A stretch of DNA of 64,000 nucleotides, from NCBI RefSeq assembly GCF_004010195.1, contig NC_057720.1, positions 16,434,478-16,498,477 on the forward strand, given 5' to 3'. The notes beneath the pieces were generated by a model. It saw only the letters and a program-made list of their open reading frames with translations, had not been told where the DNA came from and did no database searches. The stretch comes from Chiloscyllium plagiosum (taxonomy: Eukaryota). This document shows positions 37,985-51,109 of this stretch, piece by piece. Each line of letters starts with the position of its first letter. Positions within the stretch are counted from its first letter, which is position 1. The position numbers were made by a program, and so were the translations under genes.

Positions 37985-38880
37985 AGAGTCATAGAACTGT
38001 ACAGCATGGAAACAGACTCTTTGGTCCAACTCATCCATGCCAACCAGATATCCTACATCAACCTAGTCCCACTTGCCAACATTTGGTCCATATTGTCTCA
38101 ACCCTTCCTTTTCATACATCCATCCAGATGCATTTTAAATGTTGTAATTGTATCAGTCTCCATCACTCCCTTTGACAGCTCATTCCATACACACACTACT
38201 CTCTGCGTGAAACATTTGCCCCTTATGTCCCTTTTAAGTTTTTCCCATCTCACCTTAAACCTATGCCCCCAAATTTTGGACTCCCTCACCTTAGGGAAAA
38301 GACCTTGTCTATTAACCCTATTTGTGCCCCTCATAATTTTTTAAGCTTCTATAAGGTTATCCCTCAGCCTCCAACACTCTGGGGAAAACAGCCCCTGCCT
38401 ATTCAGCCTCTCCTTAGACCTCAAACCCTCCAAATCCTGACAACATCCTTGTAGATCTTTTCTGAACCCTTTCAAATTTCACAACATCCTTCCTATAGCA
38501 GGGAGACCAGAATTGAATGCGATATTCCAAAGGTGGCCCAACCAATACCCACAATATGACTTCTGATCCCCTTTGCTCAATGCATTGACCAATGAATGCA
38601 AGCATACTAAATGCCTTCTTCACTATCCTGTCTCCCTGCGACTCTAGAAACTATGAAGCTGCACTCCAAGGTCTCTTTGTTCAGTGTACTTCCCCAGGAG
38701 TTAGTATTTGATCAAGGTCCCGCTGTACTGAGATAACCTTCTTTGCTGTCCACTACTTCACCAATTTTGGTGTCACCTGCAAACTTACTAACCGTATCTC
38801 CTACGTTCACACCCAAAACATTTATATTAATGACAAAAAACAGTGGACCAGCACTGATCCTCGTGACTCACTGCTGGTCT
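37985..38880 (-). mobile_element. CR1 LINE RT/3' region
   Basis: ORFs 38098-38334 and 38414-38623 (LEYRIQFWSPCYRKDV; FTQRVVCVWNEL). Confidence 0.88.
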
Positions 38881-38896
38881 TGCTTGTGCAACCTCA

Positions 38897-39069
38897 AGCA
38901 TTATAGAAAAATTGCACTTTAGAAACAACGCTTAAAGTGTTGGCACTGCAATCGTGTTATAGCCAACAGACATTTCAAAGGTTCGCACTGTAGAGAGTGT
39001 CCCCCAAGTCGTCAAACAAGTTACAGCGAATTCACGTTGACGAAATGCACATTATAACAGAACAACCTG
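38897..39069 (-). mobile_element. Partial Tigger/MER6-like MITE
   Basis: Ends gaaatgcacattataacagaacaacctg|TA, the reverse complement of the left end of 28120-28336. Confidence 0.7.
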
Positions 39070-39751
39070 TAGATCACATCCACCCCTCTGCCCTAATCAA
39101 TTCTCTTTTGTTACATAACTTCAAAAAATTCAGTTAAATTAATGAGACACTATTTCTCTCACACAAAGTCAAGTTAACCATCTCTAATCAAGGACAGTCA
39201 ATCCCTATCTCTAAATATCCTTGCTGAACAAAAATTTATCAATCCCAGACATAAAGTTAACAACTGATCTAGTATCCATTGCCATTTGTGGAAGTGAGTT
39301 CCAAACATCTACTGCCCTTCATGTGGAGAAGTTCTTCCTACCAATTACAAGACAACCTTTCTCACCCGAGTCTGGAACTTGCTGCATATTTATCATTGGC
39401 AGTATGATTAATTTGGGGTTTTGATTAGCTGTTAAAATTGGTTGACCAACACTTCCATTTGCAGTTAAACTACATTTGTACTATTTCTATATCGGCAATA
39501 AAAGAGAATGGAAAGGCGGTTCATCCAGGTCAGCCCTGGCTTTTTAGCATGGCAGATGGGAGGGCCTTAATTAGGCAAGAAGCAAAAATGCAGTTTCTGA
39601 CAGCAGGTTAAAGTTTTACCATCAAATTCTCAGAACCTTTTAGGCAGTTCAGCTCTCCTGGCCTTCATGATTGTTAACCATTTTTCATTCTTTAGCATCC
39701 CATGAATGATTAAATTTTTTCAGTAGAATCACATTCCCAGGCACATCATCC

Positions 39752-40890
39752 TTGACACTGCCAAAGATTATTTGCCATTATTCTGCAAAAACTGGTCTGC
39801 AAAAACAGATTGAAATGAGAGGCATTCACCAGGTGAGGTAGAATTCCTCATCCAAGTTTCATTGAACACAAATGTTCTCAGTACTTGGCTCCCTTCATAA
39901 TCAAGCTATTTCTTTGTGCAAATTTTTAGTGTGAGGGGTGAAGTCTGACTGGGCAAACCAGTTCATGGGAAATCTCAGTCATTTGCAACCTTGCTTGTAG
40001 TTGAACTCTTCAAGTGTAAGGGGTAATTAAAGAGCAGTGAGGCAGTCATACTGGCCGATACCAGCAAATTTCACCAGGGCAGGCAAGTAGGATCAAAATA
40101 CAAAGGGGTTAAAATGTAAAGGGGGTGAATACAAAAAGCAACAAGCTCAAAGAAGGGAGTTAAAAAAATACTGGAGTGGAAAGGAACTTAAAAGGGCATG
40201 GTTGTCAGGTGCAGTGGAATGATCCTGGGGATATAGGGAAGATTATCACAGTGAAGGAGGGGGCAACAAACATTTGGTGCAGCATATTTCGGGTGGCATC
40301 CGCAATTAGATAATTAGGAGTGCTGGGGTGAGAAAATAAGCAGGTGAGTTGATTAAGGGACTATGAAAAACTGACACTGGGCATGGGTTTTTAGATAGGA
40401 GTATAATCAGTGTAAGAGCAAACTGAAGGTGAAGGGCTTTTGCCCGAAACGTCGACTTTACTGCTCCTCGGATGCTGCCTGAACTGCTGCGCTTTTCCAG
40501 CACCACTCTAATCTAGACTCTGAGAGTCAAAGGGGGAGACTGAAGGAGGACAGAAGGAATGCCAGAGAAAGGAGGCAGCCATTTACCGTGATTGGGGGAG
40601 AAATGTATTCCAGCGGCAGGAGGGTAGAGGATGAATGATTTGAAGGAAAGGTTTGCTCCCACAATCTTTCCCCAAGTCATTTTCAAAATAAGACTACTCA
40701 TACAATGTGGAGTGCAAATGGGAGGGCTCCAAGGTTTGTTTCAATGTGATCCTGTACACACCAAACTTAAATACACCAAACTGAAAAGAGTCAAGACAGA
40801 AACTAAAAAATACTACGTGAACATTCAGTTAAGGGCTTTGAAAGAAGCACTCATTGCAGAATAATGGCAAATAATCTTTGGCAGTGTCAA
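39752..40890. repeat. Perfect 37-bp inverted repeat pair (39752-39788 / 40854-40890)
   Basis: ttgacactgccaaagattatttgccattattctgcaa and its exact reverse complement ttgcagaataatggcaaataatctttggcagtgtcaa. Confidence 0.95.
40429..40522 (+). mobile_element. Penelope-like pLTR fragment
   Basis: tgaagggcttttgcccgaaacgtcgac...ggatgctgcctgaactgctgcgcttttccagcacc. Confidence 0.82.
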
Positions 40891-41009
40891 ACACTGACAT
40901 GCTAACCATACACCTTAATCCATTAATTTTTGACAAGAAAAGCACCTAAGAATCACAATTCAAAAGGGGAAACTAGGTTTTCAGCAATCTCCATTGGTCT
41001 ACTGAGATA

Positions 41010-41860
41010 TGGTATAGCAAAGGCAATGCAGCTACCTGAAGAGGGGTGAAAGGTTTGGTACATGGATTGGGAGACTTATCAATATTTGTCACTTCCTGCA
41101 GGCAGACCTGCAACCATGCAGCTTGAAAAGAAGCACTATGCCTGTAGTGCAGATGAATGCTCACCAATGCCCCTCACAGGAAAGCAATACTGTTTGTCCA
41201 GCTTACAATGGACCAAGACAGGTTGTCAGATTTGCAGTCAATACTGGATTCCCTAAAGGTTAAAGGGGCCATTGACTGCACACAGAATTCTATGGTATCA
41301 TATACATACTGGCTAATTTATGACCACAGGTAATAATTCTCTTCGGCATGCTGGCTCTCTGAGGAGCCGTCATGATCCTTAAATTCTACACAACTCCTAG
41401 ATTATGTGAATGCCTGCACCCACCCGACCCTCCAAACACACACATCTCACCATCTCCAAAACTTGCTTCATTGTTGACAAGGCTATCCCAGAAGACAAGG
41501 CTCATGGCCCCAGTGTAAGACTCTCAGAATGAGGCCAAACAGTGCAACAACTGTGTCCATAAATACACTAGGTCCATCAGTGAACGAACAACTGGTTTTC
41601 TGAAGATGCACTTCCGTTGTCTCTACCACTTAGGAGAAATGCGTCAGTATTCACTAGACAGGGTCTCTCGACCTGTGATTGTTGCACTCTCCACAATCTA
41701 GCTCAACAATGAGATGAGATGAGGTGGTGGACTAGGCACTTGTCTCCTCAGACAAGGAAGGGAGTCTGATGGAGATGCTGAGGGAACCAACACTGATTAT
41801 GAAGATGAGGAGGAATCCAAGGCAGCAGTGAAAGAACTCGATAGTAGCTAAATGTGAAGA
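41010..41860 (+). pseudogene. PIF/Harbinger (HARBI1-like) DDE transposase relic
   Basis: Frameshifted motifs in the correct order: ICHFLQADLQP, GFP.VKGAIDCT (D at 41274), S(R)HD, VDKGYP (D at 41476), HKYTRSISERTTGFLKMHFRCL (E at 41582), QYSLDRVSR, CTLHNL. Confidence 0.85.
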
Positions 41861-42011
41861 ATAATTTTGCATAAACATATGTGGACACTCAACAATGAGC
41901 CAGTTATGGCACAGGAATGTTCCAGACCTCAAGAGAGTGCTTGGTTTATAAATGTTAAACTACTTTGTCTGGCATCAACCATAAGTGAATTTGGTCCCTT
42001 TGCACTTATAT

Positions 42012-42212
42012 CATGGGTGCTCCGGTCTCTTTCCACAGTCTAAAGATGTGTGGGTCAGGTGGACTGGCCATGTTAAATTGCCCTATATCCAGAGATGTGC
42101 AGGCTCGGTGGGTCAACTATGGTAAATGTGAAGTTACTAGAGATAGGGTGGGATGCGTTTGGATGGTTGATGCAACTGAATGGCCTCCATCTGTCGGGAA
42201 GCAATGATTTAT
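42012..42212 (+). mobile_element. Truncated HE1-type V-SINE
   Basis: gggtgctccggtctctttccacagtctaaagatgtg...ggccatgttaaattgccc. Confidence 0.75.
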
Positions 42213-42344
42213 GTCGAGGATTAAACTATGCTGACCAACTTCCAAAACCCAAACACCTAGCTTAAGTTCCCACTTCCTGTAAGTTATGATTCTCCGAGAG
42301 AACCAGATTGAATGACAGCCTCCACTCTTCAAATTGTTGCACAA

Positions 42345-43280
42345 AGAAACAGAAAACAGAAGAGTGAGTAACTCATCCCTTTGAGTCTGCTCCACCATTC
42401 AACATGATCATCCAACTCAGTACCCATTCCCGCTTTCTCCACATAATCTTCAATCCTTTTCGCCCCAAGAACATATAACTCCTCCTTTAAAACACTCGAT
42501 CACTTTCTGTGGCAGACAATTCCTCAGGCTTACTACTGCCTGGATGAAGAAATTTCTTATCTCAGTCCTAAATAGCATGCCTCATATCCTTAGACAATGA
42601 CCATTGGCTCTGAACTCCCCAATCATCAGGAATATTCTTCCTCTGCTTGCCCTCCAGCCCTGTTAGAATTTTATGCATTCGCATGTGATACTCCCCTTAT
42701 TCTTCTAAACTGCAGTGAATATAGTCCTAACTGATGCAGTCTCTCTTCATACATCAGAGTTGCTATCCAGGAATCAAATCAGTCTGATAATTCTTCACTG
42801 CACTCTCTCCACAGCCAAAACAACCTTCCTCAGGCAAGGAGACCAAAGCCGCACACGAAATTCTTGGTGAATTCACCAAAGCTCCGTTCAATTGCAGCAA
42901 GATATCTCTGCTCTTGAACTCTAACAAAAGGAATTATGAAGGCCAACATATCATTTACCTTCTTCACCACCTGATACGTCAGCACGCTTAATTTCAGTGA
43001 CTGGCGCACAAGGTTACACAGGTCTTGTTGCACCTCTCATTTCTTAATCGAAAGCCAGATAATAATCAACCTTCCTGACTTTGCAACCTCAGTGGCTAGC
43101 TTCACATTTACTCACATTAGATTTCATCTACCATGCACGTGCCCACTCACTCAACTTGTACAAATCACACTGAAGCACCATTGTATCCTCCTCACAGATC
43201 ACCCTCCCACCTAGCTTTGTCTCATCTGCAAACTTTTGGAGGTATTATATTTAATTCCTTAATCCAAATCATTAATTACA
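42345..43280 (-). mobile_element. Older CR1 LINE RT/3' region
   Basis: QQVVKKVNDMLAFI-type translation; tcatctgcaaact = antisense KFADD/E. Confidence 0.75.
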
Positions 43281-43340
43281 TGGTGCACATGTGAGCATGT
43301 ACAGTTATCAGCACCTCTCAAATAGCACACAAGAAATATT

Positions 43341-43908
43341 AGAACATAGAAGAATACAGCGCTGTACAGGCCCTTTGGCCCTCGATGTTGCGCCGATCCA
43401 AGTCCACCTAACCTACACTAGCCCACTATCCTCCATATGCCTATCCAATGCCTGCTTAAATGCACATAAAGAGGGAGAGTCCACCACTGCTATTGGCAGG
43501 GCATTCCATGAACTCACGACTCGTTGAGTAAAGAACCTACCCCTAACATCTGTCCTATACCTACCACGCCTTAATTTAAAGCTATGCCCCCTCGTAATAG
43601 CTGACTCCATACGATGCGGCTGCACCAGAGTCTTATACAACTGCAACATGACCTCAGGACTCCGTAACTTAATTCCTCTACCAATAAAAGCCAGTACGCC
43701 TTATGCCTTCTTCACCGCACTATTTACCTGGGTGGCAACTTTCAAAGATCTGTGTACATGGACACCAAGATCCTTCTGCTCATCCACACTACCAAGTATC
43801 CGACCATTAGCCCAGTACCCCATCTTTTTGTTACTCTTACCAAAGTGATTCACCTCACACTTAGCCACATTGAACTCCATTTGCCACCTTTCTGCCCAAT
43901 TCTGCAGC
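43341..43908 (-). mobile_element. Internally deleted young CR1 derivative
   Basis: LQNWAERWQMEFN...MLQLYKTLVQPH fused to MESAITRGHSFKL; near-identical to 61328-61753. Confidence 0.88.
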
Positions 43909-44059
43909 AAATATAAATAAATAATCAGAAGACTTAACAGATTGGAAGAAACTACAAGACAGTCGACACAAATACAGTAATTTGTAAAAGTGTAATGTTG
44001 TACAGAAAGTTATCACCTGTACAACCGAAGTGACCTCAACTTGTATTCATCTTTTCTTT

Positions 44060-45450
44060 CCTACCCTTTGACAGTTGCAGCTGAAGTTATGGAAGCCTGC
44101 CAATTACTTTGCTGGTTTGTCTCAGATAAAGCTGTTAGTGCTTATTGGTGGTTCAGGATTTAGAGGCTTCTGGAGTACTGGAGACCTCCTGAACAGGTGC
44201 ATGTGCAACCTGATGGATGCACTTGGGTCCCTAACAGAGGGGAAGTGGTGCAACACAGCAACTCTGAAGTGCCCTGATACGACAATCTCTGGATGTCTGG
44301 CTGTCACTTATCTTCCTGGTGTGCAACAGGACCTCCTCATCCCTGGAGGATTAGTCACCTGGAGTGTGGTCAAGGTACCTTGGCCCCTTTTTGCATAAGC
44401 AATAAATGAATGCATCCATAGCTCAGGCAATGGAGTAAAAATACTCATAACATGCAGGTACTAATTGTTCTGCTGAACTTGGTTCTCCATAGAGGGCATA
44501 GATATGTGCTCATGCCACATCATAGGAAATAGTTGAACAGACTCCTCTGCCCTGCTCTTCATTCTGTTCATGATCTCTGGCACTTCCATCAGATGCTCTG
44601 TCTATGCATCTCTGTCAGCTCATTAAATGCTAAGTGTAAAGGCTCAGGCTCTAGACTGAACTCTGCATAGCTCTGTTCTCCCAAAATTGAAATGTCAGTG
44701 ACCTTGGTCATTTCTTTCTCCTCGAGCTGCGAATGTGACCCCAAGCCTGCTCTAGAGAGATTATCCACTGAGTTGAATGTCTCTGTCCTGGTGGACAATG
44801 GAAAGGAAGGCCTTTACAATGCATCCTCTGAGGTTCCTCCTCAGCAAGGTGCTGGTAGTGGTGCGCCTAGGGACTAGGACTCTTCTTTTGCACCTGGCTT
44901 GGAAGTAGGATCCATAGGCTGAATGTAAAACACAAAAAATTGGTGTCACAAGGTACGCTTACCCAAAGTTTTATTGAGACTTTGTAGCTTGATGTGCAAC
45001 TGAAAGCAGTTGCTTGGCTCTTATCGCATCATTCCTGATGAAGGGCTTTTGCTCAATTTTCCTGTTCCTTGGATGCTGCCTGACTTGCTGTGCTTTTCCA
45101 GCACCATTCTAATTTTGATTCTAATCTCCAGCACCTGCAGCACCCACTTCCGCCTATTATCTCACGAGATGGTTATCTTGGGGAGGTGGTGGGTTAATGC
45201 CAATGCCTCTACACGAGTAACCTAGGAAACCCTGGCAAACATTTTGAGGAAATGGGTTTAATTGTACTGTGGCAGAGTGGGGGAAAAAAAAAAACTCTTC
45301 ACCACAGATCTTGTTCTCCTGCCAGCTCAGCAGCCTGTTCCTCAAAATGGGGAGAGAAGTCATATGTAAGGCATCATCCCACCTGCCTGTGTACAATACA
45401 TTTGCATAGATACAAGGGTGTTTTGCTTACATTGATAGAGAAGATACTGA
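44060..45450 (-). pseudogene. Possible decayed second (Myb/SANT-type) ORF of the Harbinger element
   Basis: Lies convergent to the transposase relic, with a run of short minus-strand ORF fragments (STRTETFNSV...LTEMHRQ...RAEES). No clean Myb motif is recoverable, so this is mostly positional inference. Confidence 0.3.
45027..45155 (+). mobile_element. Penelope-like pLTR fragment
   Basis: cattcctgatgaagggcttttgctc (GAAAC deleted)...ggatgctgcctgacttgctgtgcttttccagc. Confidence 0.8.
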
Positions 45451-46149
45451 TGTCAATCCCCAGGCCTGAGATTGTCCATTTGTGTTACTTGTAAGAAGAA
45501 TGTGGTATAGGGAAGGTTGAGACTTAATGACTTCTGATTGAAAGGTAGTTCAATGTCATCAAGGAGCTGAGCTGCAAATCAATAATAAAAATTATGTGAT
45601 GTGTGTGCCTGGCATGTGTATGAGATCTTCACTCTTAAACCATGCTTTATGGTGGTGCTTTTGTTTCAGGCAAGCTTTTGGTGATGAGCTAACACATATG
45701 CATGTTCTTGTAGCTGTAACAAAAGGTCAGTGAGCTGTCAGTGTGTGAGCTACTGGATGTTGCAGCTCCTTTTAAGTGTGAACCACAGCAGATGTTAAGA
45801 GGCAGCAGCATTTGGTGCAAGTAGTGTTACTGGTAGCTGCAATTAAGTGACAAACATTGATTGCATGAGGCCTCTAATGGAAATGTCTGGCACCCAATAT
45901 TGTGTGTGACACTTCTGTGCTGTGGAAACCTTACAATGTTAACTCACACACATTGGGCATGAAGCACTGAGTAGGCAAGTGGCAGAGTGTAAACAATTAT
46001 TCATCCAACCAATGGTGTTGACTTCCAAAGCAACCTTCAGTCATATGGTCTCTTGCTGTGATCGAGGGAAATCACTTTTTCCAGGTCTATAATATCGCTA
46101 TGGCTCGGTGGAATTGATATTCCTGAGCTGCAGAGAGTGAAGCGCTATC

Positions 46150-48850
46150 TGATTTATTATTGTCATACGTACTGAGACAGTGAAAATTATTGTTTTGCTT
46201 ATTAATTATAAATCATACCTTATGTAAGTACACCAGGGCAATTGAACAGAATGCAGAATAGTGTGACAGCTGCAGCGAAGGTGCAGAGAGATGAACGCTA
46301 ACACGAGATGTCCATTCATAAGTCTGATTACAGTGGGAAGAAGCTGACTTCTAATCTGTTGGTACACATCTTCGAACTTTTGTATCTTCTGGATGGAAGA
46401 GATTGGAAGAGAGCATAACTGGGGTGGCTGCTTTCACGACTACACTGGCTGTTTTCCTGAAGCAGCAGCAAGTGTAAACAGAGTCAATGGAAAGAAGCCT
46501 GGTTTTCATGATGGACTGGACAGTGTTAACAACTCTGATTTCTTGGGCACAGCAGTTGCCATATCAAGCTGAGATGCAACTGGACATGATGCTTTCTATG
46601 GTGCATTTATAAAAATTAGTAAGAATCACTGTGGACATGCCGAATTTTCTTAGCCTTCTGAGGAAGAGGTGTTGGTGTGCTTTCTTAACTGTAGCACAGA
46701 TATGGATCAACCAGAATAGATTGTTAGTGATACTTGCTCCTCTGAATTTGAAGCTCTTGACCACCTCCACCTCAGCACCATTGACATGCATGTCCTCCAC
46801 TCCACTTCCTGATGACCAGCTCCTTAGCGTTGCTGACACTGAGGGAGAGATTGTTGTCTTTACACCCTGCCACTAAGCTGTCTCTTTCCTGTACGCCTCT
46901 TTCCTGTACTCTGTCTTATCTTTGTCTGAAATCCAATCAACTACTGTGTTGTCATCAGCAAATTTATAAATGGAGTTAGTGTGAATTTGGCCACACATGA
47001 TTATATAAGGAGTACAGTAAGGGGTTGAGTACTCAACCTTGCAGGGCATCAGTGTAGAAGATTATTCTGAACGAGGTTTTGTTGCCTATTTCGGTCAATG
47101 GGTCAGGAAGTTTGAAATCTAGTTACAGAGGTGGGAGCAGAGTCCTAGGCCTCAGGGTTTGGTTGGAATTTTGCTGTTGAGTATGAGTTACAGTAATCAA
47201 ATCTGTTACCTTGATGGACTTTGTATGATATGATCTGCCTGTGTACCACAGAAAACAACACTTTTCACTATCTCAATACATGTGACAATAATAAATCAAT
47301 AAATAGGAGTCTGACATAGATGTCCTTGTTATCCAGGGATATGTGTCGGGCCAGGAAGATGGCATCTGCTGTGAACCTATTGCAACGGTAGGCAAATTGT
47401 AGTGGATCAAGGAAACATGGAATTGATGTGTGCCATCACTAACCTCTCGGAGCACTTTATAAATGATGGATGCCAGAGCCACCAGGCAGTTGCCATTAAG
47501 GCACATTAACCTGACTTCTCTTTGGCACTGGGCCGATAGTGGTCTTCTTGAAGCAGATGGGAACCTCACATTGTAGTAAAGAGAGGTTAAAGAATTATGC
47601 AAATGCTCACACCCGCTGGTCCACTGGATTTGAACGCACAGCTGGGCATTTCATCTGGGCCAGCCGCTTTCTGTGGGTTCATATTCAAGGAAGCCAATTG
47701 TACATCTGCAGCTGCGACTGTGGGAACAAATGCATCCAATGCTGTTGGGACAGGTGACATAATTTCACTGGTCATCTATTCAAAACGAGCATAGAATGCA
47801 TTGAGCTCAATGGGGAGGGATGCATTATCATCAGTGATTCTACCTTCACTTGGTAGCTCATTATGCTGTGTGAGCCTTGCCACAGTCGACACGTTTGTGT
47901 AACTAGTCTGGGACCCTTGTTAATACCAGACTAGCTACACAAACATGATGACTGTGGCAAGTCTCATATTGTCTCTTGGCATCCCTGATGGCTTTGCAAA
48001 GATCGTACCTAGATTTCCTATCTAGGTCAGGGTCACCCGAATGAAAGGCCCCTTATCTAGATTTCAGTAGAGTGGATCTTCTGGTTCATCCATATTTGAT
48101 GGTTCGAGAACACTTGGATTAACTTCTTTGGCCGCAGTCCCCTACACACTTAGTGATGAAGTCTGTCACACTAGTAACATATTCATTTAGGTTGGCCTCT
48201 GAGTTTTTGAATGTGCAGCACACCAACTCCAAGCAGTCATGTAAGTGCTTGTCCATTATCTTAGACCAGCACTATACACCTTTCTGTACTCGATCCTCAC
48301 GCTTCAGTTTCTGCTTGTAAGCCAGGAGAAGGAGCACAGCCTTATGGTCTGATTTACTAAAATGCGGCAGAGGATGGAGCAGTAGGTGTCTTTGATGGTT
48401 GTGTAGCAATGATCCAAGGTTTTTGGGCCTCTTGTGGGACAGGGGACATGTTGGTCATACTTTGGTAGCACACTTGAAGTTGGCCTGGTTGAAGTCACCA
48501 GCTCCAAGAACAAGGCTTTGCGGTATTCTGTCTCAAGGCTATTTGCGGCAGCGTCTTTTTCATCAAGTGCTCTCCCTACTTCCTCACAGAGTGGATTGTA
48601 AACTGCTGTCATGATAGCAGAAGTGAACCACCGCAGCAGGTAGTAGGGACAGCACTTCACTGTTCAATACTCTAGGTCCAGGGAGCATTAACTCACCAGG
48701 GTCTTCATGTCAGAACACGCAGAGGTATTGACCAGGAGGCAGACAGGCCTTAGCGAGGACGTTGTGCAGTCCATTTAGTGACTTGAGAAGCCCTCAAGTT
48801 GGAAGGCACAATCAGCTGAAGCAGGAATGAGCCATGTAAAGCATGTCTAG
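46150..48850 (-). mobile_element. Rex1/Babar-type LINE (decayed, endonuclease + RT)
   Basis: KCCPYYLLRWFTSAIMTAVY, QHVPCPTRGPKTLDHCYTTIKD, NPQKAAGPDE, VKKAHQHLFLRRLRKFGMS...CTIESIMSSCI. Confidence 0.88.
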
Positions 48851-51109
48851 TCATGTTCTAAATATGCCTGGAAGTTGAAGCCCAGAAGTTCCTGGGAAGA
48901 CGGCAGAGCTTTCTGCACAGCTGCCATAAAATTTGAATTTTCACCCATGCATGAATATGCAATGAGCAGAGATGAAGAATCATGCCAGAACTCAACTCAC
49001 CCCATAGCACTACTATCCTCCATTTCCAGATCTGCCTCCACACTTGATCTCAGATGAAAAAAAATTCGGCCAAGTACAAAACTTTGATATTTACAACCTC
49101 ACACAGTTTTCATCCTGTGTTAAACTTCAAAGAATTCCTCACTTCACTGATCCAGTATTGATGATCACTAGTCATTTATGATCCCCCTCCCCATTATCTG
49201 GAGTACAATGTCAAAGTTCTCCAGGTGTGAAGTCAAAATGCTTGGAGCAAATTAATATTGTTGTCCATCTTCTTAAAATACTCCTTCCTCACTGCAATTG
49301 GCTCATGAGGTCCACACAGGCTGAATACGCTTCAGTTAGTCGTTTGTAACTGGCTGAGCCCAATAAGCTAGCACAAAAGTTACGTATTTGTGGAAAACAT
49401 AATGATTGCCAGTTTAGTTTTTTTTGTACACAGATGATTAAATGCACAGACAAGGTGCAACTCAGAAAATGCTGAACATTTTATTGAAGGCTGTTGCATG
49501 ATGAACCAGCCATGAATACTGGAGATATGTCACCATAAAGAATTATCTGTGCTGTCTTGCCAAATAGTTGTGATACTTAACAAAATTGTGGTTTTGGAGC
49601 ATTGCCACTCAATTGAAAAATAGATATGCTGCAATATGCAAAATGCACAGCTAAATTCTGTAAATCCTGTGAAAAGTTACAATTTGTATAATTGCTATAT
49701 TGGTGCTTCACACCATTCAACATTTAAAAAAAGAAGAAAACTAAATATTCTAATTCAGCTTTAAATTGCCAGATCAAGCAAAGTTAAAACTGCATACAAG
49801 GGAATTAAAATTAATCTTTTTTCAGACTAAGCAACAAAAGATCTTCACACAAATTACAGCAAATGGACCCTTCAACTGATTATTTCAATCCACGCATATT
49901 AGGGAAACAGAAATTACGTCTTAACTAAAGTGTTTCACGTCCTAAGATCAAGTATATCAATTTAAAATTCAAGTATCATGTGAATTCCAACTACCTCGCC
50001 TATTTGACAGGTTTGCTGATTACAGTACAAAAGATCCTTTTTACTAATACAGTAAGTTTGTATTATTGCACTAATCACATTCTGGCGACAGGACAAACAC
50101 CAGTCTGTCCTATGAATCACGCAGTTTACAAAAAAGAACCAATATTAAGGGAAGCAGCAAGAACTAAATTTCTTTTACAAGTTGTGTATTTATCATTTGA
50201 ATTTAAACCAATTGTAATAATTCAGTAAGAAGTCACAATTGAGAGTGCCAATTCAATACATTAAAAAAAAAACACAATTCTACAGTTTTTCTTGTGTTAT
50301 TGCTAAGCAGAAGCATTTGAACAAATCAAGTGAGGCATCCCTTCTGGACAGAACCACAGATTTGTTACTCTACTTAAAATTCAAACACACCTTAAAGCTG
50401 TGAGTGAAGTAGCTCTCTATTCAAGAAAAGATAAGCTTCAAAAATATTTCAACGCAATGAAGAACTAATCATGGTTTCATATTAAAACAATTAATTTGCT
50501 CAAATTGTAATGAGTGGCTCACTTCTCCAACATTTACAAGCTTCATATCTCACTTCTTGTCTGAAAGGGTTCAGTCATAGATGCATTCAAAAATCTCAAC
50601 ATTGCAGGAAGCACACCGGTTTGCAGGAAGCACACGGGTTTGCTGGATTGCAAACTTAACCAATTCACTACTTTTATCCTGAGCACATTGTTGCTGTATT
50701 CTGAACCACAGTGTACACTACTACAAATCTCCCTGCTTTAGTAGCAGCTGCTTCCCAACATCCTGGGCTATCAAGAAGGAAAAGAGCTGCAAATTTCTGC
50801 AAGCATGAAAACTTCCAAGCTTTCCAACAAGTCAAACATGACTTGGACAGACAAGTATTACCAATGGTTGAACTGGAAAATTTCCACGGGCTGCTACATT
50901 TAAAGAAAATGCAGGTAATGATCGATTCAGGATAATTAAAGATAATCTATAAATGTAGCATTGCCAGTACCATAACAATCCTCCAAGAAAAAAGGAAGAA
51001 ATTGAAAAAGCAAGGAAAGAGACATTGAGGCTTTTTGGCTTTATAAAGGGAGGCAGAATGCAAAGATAGAATGTAAGGCTAAAAGCTTCTGTTAAAAGCT
51101 GAAGCAATA

